A stretch of 64,000 nucleotides of DNA from Octopus vulgaris (taxonomy: Eukaryota): contig OX597815.1 of assembly GCA_951406725.2 (NCBI GenBank), positions 6,014,001 through 6,078,000 on the forward strand, in the 5' to 3' direction. This document shows, piece after piece, positions 36,433 through 50,332 of this stretch. The translations under genes and the position numbers were made by a program. The notes below the pieces were generated by a model. The model ran no database searches. It was not told where the DNA came from and worked only from the letters and a program-made list of their open reading frames with translations. Position 1 is the first letter of the stretch. Each line of letters begins with the position of its first letter.

Positions 36433-36981
36433 TGTACGTATATATATATATATATATACGTACAAAATGGGACAAAAGCGTAAAACATCCAGAGAGTTAG
36501 GTGATACAAAAAAGGGGACAACAAAACATCCAGATAGACGATACAAAGAAAACAAGGACGGGTCATTCGATGTTTTCTTTCATCAGTCGAGTTCCAGATT
36601 ATCGTTGCAGTTTCGGCTGGTTATACTCGAGATTGCTCCAATCTGGCCAGCCCCAAGGAAAAACTAAGCTAAGAGCATTAGATTCCTTGGAAGAAAGCAA
36701 CGAATGTATACAAAAGCAAGGACGGGAAAAAAACGGACAATGTTACACAAATACAAAAAAAATAACAGGACATAACAACAGGTGTCTTTCGACTAAGGAT
36801 GAATTAAATTAAGCTGGTTTGCGTGGAAATGAAGCCTTACGGCATGAATACAATATTTCACCGGAACAGAGAGGAATATCGATGTTGCACGGACTACGGC
36901 CGAACAAAGAAAGATCAGGCTTGGCCGAACACCGGTCACGTGGGGAGAGAAGAGAGAGGGGTAAAGGCAGAAGGACAGATA

Positions 36982-38398
<1,417 letters not shown>

Positions 38399-39279
38399 GT
38401 AGGTATATATATGTATATATATATGCATACATTTATATATTATTTATATTATACATATATATATATATACACACACACACACATTTAGGGGGGAAAGAAA
38501 GAGAAAAGAGAAAGAGAGGCGAAAGACAAGAGAGAGTGATTTATTCGTGCTGCTTGTTTCAATAGACGGACGTAATGGCGGAGATGCAGTCGAAGATAAA
38601 TGCTGGAGTCGAGTAGTAGTGAGAGGAGAACGAAAAAAAGAGAAGAGAGAGGGTGGAAAGAGAGCGAAGAAAGAACGAGAGAGAAAATTCAGAGATACAG
38701 AGAGGCAGGAAGAGAAAGCAAAAGAGAGTGGTGGTGGTGGTGGTTGAGGCGGGGGAGGGGAGGTGTAGAGTAGTTACCTTGAGCAGCCAATTTATATGTT
38801 TTTACCTGGCTGATGATAGAATTGAAGATAGAGACGGTGAGGAGAGGAGAGGAGAGAGGGGGAAAAGCGAAAACGAAGCGGTAGAGAAAGTAAATGTTGT
38901 TATATTTATATTTATTGTTTTCAGACGATCAACAAGAAGCGAGCAACGTTTGATATTCAATGACAGTTGCGTCTGTATATATATATTTGCGGTGTGTTTA
39001 ATGTTGGATGCATTTCTGCAGTTTATGCTATATACACACGGTTGTGTCAACGAAACAACACGGCCTTCTTCTGCTTCTTCTTTCTATCCGATAATCTATC
39101 ATACAATAATAGATTCCGTTGTTGGCGTCACCGTCATCACAGATTTTACCTGGCTGTCATCACAAAACACAGAATCGGTACCGAAACTTAATGACGACAT
39201 CGGTATTTCGGAAAATTTCTTTATAGGTGACACACATACACACATGCGCACAGGTAAGGCGACCACGTTTTCTCCGCTA

Positions 39280-39510
<231 letters not shown>

Positions 39511-39927
39511 TGGAATTTTTACATCTCTTTTCGTTAATTACCAACCTATCTTCTTTTTTCTTTTTCCTTTTTTCTTTCTCTCTCTCTCTTTATCATCTTA
39601 CCCAGTGTTTATCGTCTCCTACCCCAACCACACACACACACACACATACATATATATATACACATATACGATGGGCTTCTTTCAGTTTCCGTCTACCAAA
39701 TCCACTCATAAGGCTCTGGTCGGCCCGAGGCTATAGTAGAAGACACTTGCCCAAGGTGCCACGCGGTGGAACTGAACCCGGAACCATGTGGTTGGCAAAC
39801 AACCTACTTACCACACAGCCACTCCTGCGCCCATATATATATAATTTTGAATTTAGTTCATGACACCCAGTATTATCTATGCGGACCCCAGGTAGGGAAC
39901 CACTGAGGTATGCATATATATACATAC

Positions 39928-39973
<46 letters not shown>

Positions 39974-40464
39974 ATACAGGTTTATAAGACATATAGCCAT
40001 ACCTGTAATACACAAACATAGAGACAAGCAAAAGCAGACTCATAGACACGCTGTTAGAAACACAAATTGCTTCAAACCCAAAAGTGCCACCCGGGGTGGA
40101 CCGCCCCTACCGTCGCCCCACCTCCCCTTGCTACGCTAGTCTTCGCTGGTGACTGCTTATTGGAACTAAGTTTGAATAAACCGACACTGGTGATACTTCG
40201 AGGTCACGGTCACCTACAGACACACACACACACATGGGGATGTAAACAAACCGACACCAGTATACACACAAGCATACATATGCACTTATATATATATATA
40301 TATATATATATAAGGCGTAGGAGTGACTGTATGGTAAGTAGCTTGCTTACCAACCACATATTTCTGGGTTCCGTCCCACTGCGTGTCACCTTGGGCAAGT
40401 GTCTTCTACTATAGCCTCGGGCCGACCAGAGCCTTGTGAGTGGATTTGGTAGACGGAAACTGAA

Positions 40465-40527
<63 letters not shown>

Positions 40528-40538
40528 CATATATATAT

Positions 40539-41064
<526 letters not shown>

Positions 41065-41292
41065 TGTGTGTGTGTGTGTGTGAGTATATGTTCGTGTGTG
41101 TGTTTGTCCCCCCAACATCGCTTGATAACCAATGGTGGTGTGTTTACGTCCCTGTAACATAGCGGTTCGGCATAAGAGACCGATAGAATAATTACAAGGC
41201 TCCCAACGAATAAGTTGGGAGCCCGACTAAAGTGCTCCAGCATGGCTACAGTCAAATGACTGAAACAAGTAAAAAGGTAAAAGAGTAAAGAG

Positions 41293-41324
<32 letters not shown>

Positions 41325-41488
41325 GTTTATATGTATAATGGTGTTGGTTTGGTTACGTCCCCTTGACTTAGCGGTCAGAAAGAGATTCACAGGAAATTTA
41401 CCAGAGTTTTTTAAAAATAAATACTAGGGTCGATTTGGTCGACTACAAACCCTTTAAGCCTGTGCTTAAGTTGTGAATTCTTGGCGTA

Positions 41489-41565
<77 letters not shown>

Positions 41566-41706
41566 GGCGCAGGAGTAGCTGTGTGGTAAGTAGCTTGCTA
41601 ACCAACCACATGGTTCCGGGTTCAGTCCCACTGCGTGGCATCTTGGGCAAGTGTCTTCTGCTATAGCCCCGGACCGACCAATGCCTTGTGAGTGGAAGAA
41701 GCCTGT

Positions 41707-41825
<119 letters not shown>

Positions 41826-42208
41826 ATGTTTGTCCCCCTAACATTGCTTGACAACCGATGCTGGTGTGTTTGCGTCCCCGTCACTTAGCGGTTCAGCAAA
41901 AGAGACCAATAGAATAAGCACTGGGCTTACAAAGAATAAGTCCCGGGGTCGATTTGCTCGACTGAAGGCGGTGCTCCAGCATGGCCGCAGTCAAATGACT
42001 GAAACAAGTAAAAGAGTAAAAGAATATATATATATATATATATCAACGAAAAAGTCCAGTGAAAGGTAGAGCCAGTAGATCCAGTGGTAATCCGGGTGGA
42101 GTGCTGGTATGTGGATGAGGAGAGGTGTTGAATGTTCCGGAAGTGGTTCAGATATGCAAGTTCAAAGAGTCAGGAACAAACTGGGGTAACCACGTGAGCG
42201 TATAATAC

Positions 42209-42517
42209 ATAGTTGAAATTTATCAAAAAACAAAAGACGAAGGCAGGTGTAGAAACAACAAACAAGTGTATTAGTTTGACGTTCGGGGAAAATGAAAATG
42301 TCGTTTTATGTTTCAAGCCTACGCTCTTCAACAGAAAGGAATAAGAGAAAATATGCAGAGAGAGAATGAAAAAAAACTTGCTGATTTCAGCTTTCTCTTA
42401 TCCCTTTCGGTTGAAGAGCGTAGGCTCGAAACATTTTTCCCGAGCGTCAAACTAATACACTTGTTTGTTGTCCATATGCCTGACTTCGTCTTTTGTTTTT
42501 CTATAAATTTCAACTAT
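42209..42517. repeat. Foldback element (~130-140-bp diverged arms); a monomer of the same family lies at ~1243-1420 (+)
   Basis: ATAGTTGAAATTTAT...AGCCTACGCTCTTCAACAGAAAGG is mirrored by CCTTTCGGTTGAAGAGCGTAGGCT...ATAAATTTCAACTAT. Confidence 0.85.
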
Positions 42518-43401
42518 ATATACGATTAAATCTGCTCACAAGGATTTGGTGAGGTCCGAGGCTATAGTGGAGGACACTTGCCCAAGGTTCCACGCAGTGG
42601 GACTGGACTTGAAACCGTGTTACCGAGAAGGAAGCTTCTTACCACACAGTTACGCCCCGCGTCTATCTTCATCACGTACAGGTAAACGAAATTGCGCAGA
42701 ATAAAGTGTTTTCTGTAATGGTTTTACCATAAACTTCATAGTCATCGACATCTGGACATTACTGTGTCGAGTTCTGGAACTCGTAGGGACGGTTACCGGG
42801 CTTTCGTGGCGTATAAGTGATCACAACATTGCCTCCGGAAGGGACGCCAGTCCATCACAGGGTAACTCGCTTACAGTTGAGTGGACTGGAGCGAACTGGA
42901 AATGAAGTGTTTTGCTCGAGAACACAAGGCACCGATTGATCCGGGAATTAAGACCATAATCTTGCGATGGTGGGCGCAGCGCTCTAATCCCTAATCCTTA
43001 ATCCATGCGCCTTCACCAATGAGTTTACATCTCTTCCGAGCTGCTAATCCAGTCCCTTTCCAACTCATGTATTTGCTAAAGGCCCAACGAGTGAACCCTG
43101 ATATAGTTGCTTGACCTGCAGAAATGGCAACTAAATATCCTTCAAATCAGCCTATACGGGATGGGCACAACTGGACTCGAACATAAATCTGCTTACTCAG
43201 AGCCAACGTTGGCTTAAACGTCAACAAATTTCGTCAATTATAAATTGCTTTTTCAAACATTAATCTCGTTAAATCATGCTCATTGCTAAAGCAAAATGTA
43301 TCTTGAGAAAAATTTAATGAAGCTTAGATGTCACTTTTGGATATTGAAACTGTATCCCATCTCTCAATACAAAGAAGATAATGGGTTTATCTACCACAGA
43401 C

Positions 43402-43469
<68 letters not shown>

Positions 43470-43471
43470 GC

Positions 43472-43508
<37 letters not shown>

Positions 43509-44262
43509 TACAGACAGACAGACTGACAGTTCTTACCATACCTGTAAATATTCTGGAATAAGCCACAACCAGAGACAACAGGTGATATATTCTCTTCCCA
43601 CCCTTCTCAGTAGGACGATACAGTTTAATTTTCTCAGACTAAAATCGACCTGTTAGCTACATCGGGTCGCATATTGTATCGTCATTGATCCGTGTCATCG
43701 AAAAGTAGTTTATGGATCCGTATCCATTGAATGCTAAATAGTATGGCTTACGTTTTTCCTGTGACGTCTACTTGCCATACGACCAAAGGGAAAAACAATT
43801 AATCACCGTGTGTGTTTGAAATTGCTCATTAACATTGTTCAGTTAATTATCATCATTAGCTTATTCTGCAGATCTGCAATGTGAGGAATCTTTCATCTCT
43901 ACAAACGCAGACTTCATCTTCATCGTTGAAACATATTTAAGAATCCTAGACACTACCATTAAGTTATTAAACGAGTCATTTTATCCTGTTTTCTGCACCA
44001 TGACACACTTATCTCCCCTTTTGATGGGGTTTCCAACAAAAGAGGAGATTAAATCTCTTCTTTTACTTGTTTCAGTCATTTGACTGCGGTCATGCTGGAG
44101 CACCGCCTTTAGTCGAGCAAATCGACCCCGGGACTTATTCTTTGTAAGTCCAGTACTTATTTTATCGGTCTCTTTTGCCGAACCGCTAAGTGACGGGGAC
44201 GTAAACACACCAGCATCGGTTGTCAAGCAATGCTAGGGTGACAAACACAGACACACAAACAC

Positions 44263-44293
<31 letters not shown>

Positions 44294-44943
44294 CATATAT
44301 ACGACAGGCTTCTTTCAGTTTCCGTCTACCAAATCCACTCACAAGGCTTCGGTCGGCCCGGGGCTATAGCAGAAGACACTTGCCCAAGATGCCACGCAGT
44401 GGGACTGAACCCGGAACCATGTGGTTGGTTAGCAAGCTACTTACCACACAGCCACTCCTTCGTGGATTTTATTCACGAAATCCCTGGACCAGAAAATATT
44501 TCCTCCTCAAGTACCCACGAAACATGGAGTCACGTTGCATTGTATTCAAATGGCACAACATCTGAATATGATGGCCACGCGGTTTTCTTATCGTGATTTC
44601 CGTTTTCAATGTCGTGGTCAGTTAAAAAATTCTTGGGTTCTATTCTTCCAGACCATTTTCTAACCTAGAAGGTTTGAAAAGAGCAGGAATCGATTGATTT
44701 TCTATCAATAACTCACTCTTTTCACCCCCTGGTTTAACTAAACGTCAATCAGTCACCGGACAAGACTTCCTCCGTAGAATCATATTCACAGAAACTATTG
44801 GAAATTCGCCATTGTTGCCGAAAACTCATTGGGATTCAAAAAGAAAATAATCTGTTTTTCGTTCCATTTAATGACGGATACAATCTTAGTTTCTGATCTC
44901 CAAACAACAAATACTTTCCTTTCTGAAATAATATTTGTTTCAC

Positions 44944-45161
44944 TGTTGTGTCTGGGGAGAGTCATTTTCTTTTTGTGCCTCATTATGTAACACACTCACC
45001 GGTAAAATTTCCACTTATTTTTATTTTTATTTTCCTAAAATTTTCGTTGCGTCTTGCAACCTTTTCAAGGAAAATAAAAATAAGAAAAAAGTGGAAATTT
45101 TACCGGTGAGTGTGTTACACTATAAGGCACAAAAAGAAAATGACTCTCCCCAGACACAGCA
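44944..45161. repeat. Foldback element (~92-bp arms, ~31-nt structured loop)
   Basis: TGTGTCTGGGGAGAGTCATTTTCTTTTTGTGCC...TTTTCCT / AGGAAAA...GGCACAAAAAGAAAATGACTCTCCCCAGACACA. Confidence 0.9.
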
Positions 45162-45537
45162 GAATATGCTTCAACACACGAACTCATATAAAGAATCTTG
45201 CAAACCAAATCCCAAAACGAAATTTGTTCACTGATATCAAGATGGATGACATAAACAAAAAAGAAAATTCTGGACGTTTTTATCCTTGAAGACATATTCA
45301 AGTAGACATCACTTATCGCCCTTGTTCTGTCTGTAAACTTTACGTAAAGGAGAGGGAATAGTGTTGTATCGTTGATCTCAGTTTACGCAAACAAAACGTT
45401 TTGCTCCAACAAAGGTTTTAACAATTTTCGTTGGAGTTTATCCTGAAAATATGTTTTAACCTGAAATGAATTTTTTTGGAAATCTGAAAATAAACAGCAG
45501 AAAGTGACCATTTTGTCTGAATTACGCTTATTTCTCT

Positions 45538-45604
<67 letters not shown>

Positions 45605-45776
45605 TCGACATACGGTGCGGGCGTGGCTGTGTGGTAAGAAGTTTGCCTCCAAACCACATGGCTCCGGGTTCAGTCCCACTGCATGGTACCTTGGGCAAGT
45701 ATCTTCTTCTATAGCCTCAGACCCATCAAGGCCTTGTGAGTGGATTTGGTAGACGGAAACTGAAAGAAACCTGTCA

Positions 45777-45830
<54 letters not shown>

Positions 45831-46455
45831 CGTGTGTTTGTGTGTCTCCCTCTTTTTGTGTCTGTATTTGTCCCCCACTACCGCTTGACAACCGGTGTTG
45901 GTGTGTTTACGTCCCGTAATTTAGCGGTCCAGTATAGACCGGTAGAATAAGTAGCAAACTTTAAAAAAAAAGTCCTGGGGTCGATTTAATCTTGAAGAAG
46001 TCATGCACCAGCATGGCCGCAGTCAAATTACTGAAACAAGTAAAAGATAAAAGCTAGAAAGTACATGATACTCCGAATGTCTGATGGCCATTGATTACGA
46101 ATTACGAGAATAATGGACACAGAAAGTCTTGGCACTGCTTGAGATTGGAAATGGTTAAAATGGCAAAGCATCAGACGCTCTTCGACTTCAAACATTTCAA
46201 AGTTTTGCAAAACAAAGCGACCTCTTCACTGACAAAATTCCGTGCTGCGTCTCATGTAAGATATTCAGAATGAAAAATGACTTAATAATAATAACAACAA
46301 CAACAACAACAACAATAATAATAATAATATTAACAAGAGCATCACAACAAACCACAGCACATATCCAAGGCACACAGAGCAGTGCTCGGTAGTGAAGTGA
46401 AAGTACGTGAAAAAAATAAGACAACTGAATAATAATAATAATACTAATAATAATG

Positions 46456-46512
<57 letters not shown>

Positions 46513-46513
46513 T

Positions 46514-46856
46514 AGCATACCCAGTTGACAAGGAATGCGATAAGGAAGAAAAGAAAAGTCGAGAGATATGAGAGGTTAGCTTGGGAAGTTAAGCAGTTGT
46601 GGTCGATGAAAAAGGTAGCAGTAGTACCAATAATTGTCGGAGCCCTGTGAACAGTGAGTAAAAATCTTGAGAGGTACCTGGAACAAATAGGGGCTGCAAT
46701 AAGGGTGGAGCACTTGCAGAAAACAGCACTGCTTGGAACCGCTCGAATACTCCGGAAGGTGCTCGAAAAATAAGAGGTGTTACCTTAGTTCACTGGTCGT
46801 GAACAGCTGACACTGTAGTACATCTACATCGTTAGAAACTGTGCAAAGACAATAAA
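46514..46856 (+). mobile_element. 5'-truncated R4/Dong-like element 3' end directly after (AAT)n
   Basis: KVERYERLAWEVKQLWSMKKVAVVPIIVGAL*TVSKNLERYLEQIG...LQKTALLGTARILRKVLEK* (stop ~46771-46773). (AAT)n lies at 46430-46512. Confidence 0.8.
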
Positions 46857-46859
46857 ATC

Positions 46860-48082
46860 AAGCCTTTACTGAGAAGCAATATCGCAGAGAAAGGGCAAAC
46901 ATCTGGAAGAAAACAACCTGTTTCCAGACGAGCAGATACTTAGGATGCAATGCACTAGGACTACAACACACAGAGCTGTAAAGATCAGCCATTGATCAAT
47001 AAAGCCATAACTGACGACAGCCGCAAAAAGATAATAGGTCTAATTATGACTTGGATCGATTATGGAAAGGTTTTGATAGTATTCTTACACGTGGATCCTA
47101 GAAACACTAGCCATGAACAAGGTAGTTCCAATAATCATAAAATGTATAAAAGATTCCATGAATAAATGGCAGACAATGCTACAGTTCCAGACATAAAGAG
47201 GGGCTCATATAAAACCAAAGCCATCCCCATTAGAAGAGGATTATTCCAGGGAGACACGCTCTCTCTAGACCGGGTGTTTTCTGTTTGACACTGACGCCTT
47301 TATCTGACATACGAAGCAGCTCCGGCTGGATGGTGGATACAACTGCGACAGCAAAACAATCAACCATCTCTTGTATATGGATGATCTAAAACTGTACGCT
47401 ACAAATGATAAACAGCTGGAAACATTACTACGTTAAGGTACAGTACATAGATTTACCACTTACACGAAATAAACATGAAATTTGGCTTAGAAAACTGTGC
47501 CAAAGCAACATTGAAAGAGGAAAACTGGTTAAGAGAAGCAACATCAAAGTAGGTAAAGCAAATGAAATAAGAGAATTAGACCAAAGCCAGACATACAAAT
47601 ACTTAGGAATCAATGCACTAGATACAACACACAGAGATGAAAGAGAAAATAAAAAAAGAATACTATAGACGAGTTAGATTAATACTGAAAACAGAGATCA
47701 ATGCGAAAAACAAGATAATAGGTTTCAACACTTTAGCCGTCTCAGTAATAAGTTACAGCTACAATATTCTTAAGTGGACTCTAAATGAACTAATCAAAAT
47801 AGACATGGAAAACAAGCAAAAAATCACAGGATTTAGGATGCACCACCCAAAATCTGACATAGAAAGCAAAATATATGCAACAGGATTCAAAGCAGAGACT
47901 GAAGGATTTTTAATTGCAGCACTAAGATGAAAACCTTCCCACCAGAAATTACCAAAAACATGTAATGAAAAGAAATACAAGTAACTGCAGAATATGTAGT
48001 GATAGAGAAGAAACAATAAATCATATTGTCTCTGGCTGCCCAGTCCTGGCTAAGAAGGAATATATTCACAGACATGACAGAA
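46860..48082 (+). pseudogene. R4/Dong-like RT and CCHC zinc-knuckle remnant
   Basis: Broken frames give WIDY.K.FDSI.H.WI, IPIRRGLFQGDTLS, INHLLYMDDLKLYA, MKFGLENCAK, ETEGFLIAA and CRICSDREETINHIVSGCPVLAKKEYIHRHD. Confidence 0.88.
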
Positions 48083-48117
48083 TAAATGTTCGGCTAGAGG
48101 TGGCGCTGCCAAATTTC

Positions 48118-48766
48118 CGTTCGAAATATATAGTTTACAAAGTGAGAACTAGTCACTGATTTATAAATTAGAAAATTACTATTTTTTTAAATCTCACAAC
48201 GTGCTGATGAAGAGAAATAACCCAGAAATCGCGATGCACAAGATATTGTTTTGAGCTGAGTTGGGGTGCTAAATTCCCTTGTCGTCTTGCCAGCTGGAGA
48301 CGATGTCTCCCGGGGCTAAATTACAGCAACATTTGTGCTAAACCAGGACTGCCATGTTATGCTGGCAAAGAATCTTTACTCCAAAGTACTGTTGCTGAAT
48401 ATCTCTCGTTGTGAAACTTTAAAAAAAGTAATTTTCTAATTTATAGATCAGTGACTAGTTGTCACTTTGAAAACTATATATTTCGAACGAGACCAATTAT
48501 TCTGTGTTGATGAAAGGAAATAACCCGGAAATCGTGATACACAGATATCGTCTTGAGCTGAGTGGAGGTGCTAGATGCCCTTGTTTGAAAATACAAGGAC
48601 AGAGATCGTGTCGTATATCCAGCTGGAGATGATGTCTCCTGGGGCTGAACTACAGCAACACTCGTCCTAAACCAGGACTGCCATGTTATGTTGGCAAACA
48701 AACTTTACTACAAAGTACTGTTGCTGAATATCTCACGTTGTGAGATTTTAAAAATAGTAATTTTCC
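48118..48766 (+). mobile_element. Penelope-type pseudo-LTR structure: inverted plus direct repeats, each direct repeat starting with a hammerhead-like motif
   Basis: 48118-48201 is inverted relative to 48407-48489, and 48200-48437 is directly repeated at ~48503-48766. Motifs CTGATGA...GAAATCGCGATGCAC and TTGATGA...GAAATCGTGATACACAGA. Confidence 0.7.
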
Positions 48767-49218
48767 AAAAAAAAAAGTATCCACCAGACTAGGGATTCTG
48801 AGAAATTGAAGAATTGGGGGAGATCGGTAAGAACAGAAGAAAGTTATTGACTGCGTTTATTGTTTTTTATAGTTGACCACTTGTTGGCTGACGTCATACC
48901 GTAGATGACGTCACTGTCGATAAGCATGTCGGGAGACAAGAAGTGCAGTGGAAGAGAATACGACAGCTTTGTTGTTCCGCAACAATTGTGAGAATTCTTT
49001 CTACTGAAGACAAATATTGAAAGTGTCACTAAAATAGAACCGAGAATAGTTAGGTATTTAGCACTTTGAAGAGTTGGTAATCGGTTCCAGATGCTTCTTA
49101 ACCATCATCTCATTTCAATTGTGTCTCAGAGTTGCATCTAGAAGCAAAGAAGACAGACAAAACTGCTATATTTTTTATAGCTAAATACTCGAGAGAAAAA
49201 TATATAGGTTAATACACA

Positions 49219-49272
<54 letters not shown>

Positions 49273-49915
49273 AATCAGAAGCCATGAGAGCCACTGCCTG
49301 GTATTGCATCAGGGCATTTATTATCATTATTATTATCATTATTATTATTATTATTATTATTGAGTGAGAGAGCAGTGCATACCATCAAAGTGACACTGGG
49401 GTAAAATATACGAAGCCCAGAATACCCATCATGACTATCCGTCTGATAAGGGTACACCAGGCACATGCATCATAACCACATGTGCGCGACATGGTGATCT
49501 CATATCAAGATAAACAGCACATGACCTTGCAGGTGGGACCCAATTAGGATTTCCTTCAGGTTGAGTAGCCCATCCCGTTTAAAAGGTCCCTGAATAAGGA
49601 TTGTTTAAGGATGTTGAACGAACCACCCATGTTTCCAGAGGTGAATTATCCAAACCCCAAAGAATCCATCTCAACACACGGCTATGAGGCTCCCCAACAA
49701 CTTCTGCTCGTGATCAGAGATGCACATATCGTCAGCCACTAAGGGACATGCTCAACTGGTTAAGGTCAAACAACTGACAAGCAAATCTGTGGTATTGAGC
49801 AGAATATTTACTGTAGCCCATCTTTTATACCAAGACAAAACAATGTACATGATAACACTTCCAATCAGTTAAGATCAGAAGCCATGAGATCCACTGCCTA
49901 GTACTGCATCAGGGC

Positions 49916-49979
<64 letters not shown>

Positions 49980-50332
49980 GATGTATAACCGTCACGGGCA
50001 AGCGAGTATGGCCTGGTAATTTCTATCACATTTTCACTGATTGTCTTTAGGTGCTTCCATAGTCGCGAGCAGACACAGACACCTCTTTTTCCTTCCCATC
50101 CTTGACCCTCCTGAATATCGAGGATGTAATCATAGCTGGAATGGCACTCGTTTTCTGAATAAAATGACGCAACCTGAAGTAAAGTGGATTCGTCGAGGAC
50201 ACGACGAGCTACCTGGTCAAAGAATCGAACCCTCGACTTGTGATTGTGAACCAAACACCTTAATCACTAGACCACGTGTCTTCATTCTTAATATTACTAC
50301 ATATACTAAGCCAAGCGAGCTGGCAGAGTCGC

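Noticed and set aside
42983-43005. Telomere-like CTAATCC / ATCCTTAA repeats (also 35421-35443)
   Set aside because: Only about 3 units, not TTAGGG, and located within or at SINE ends.
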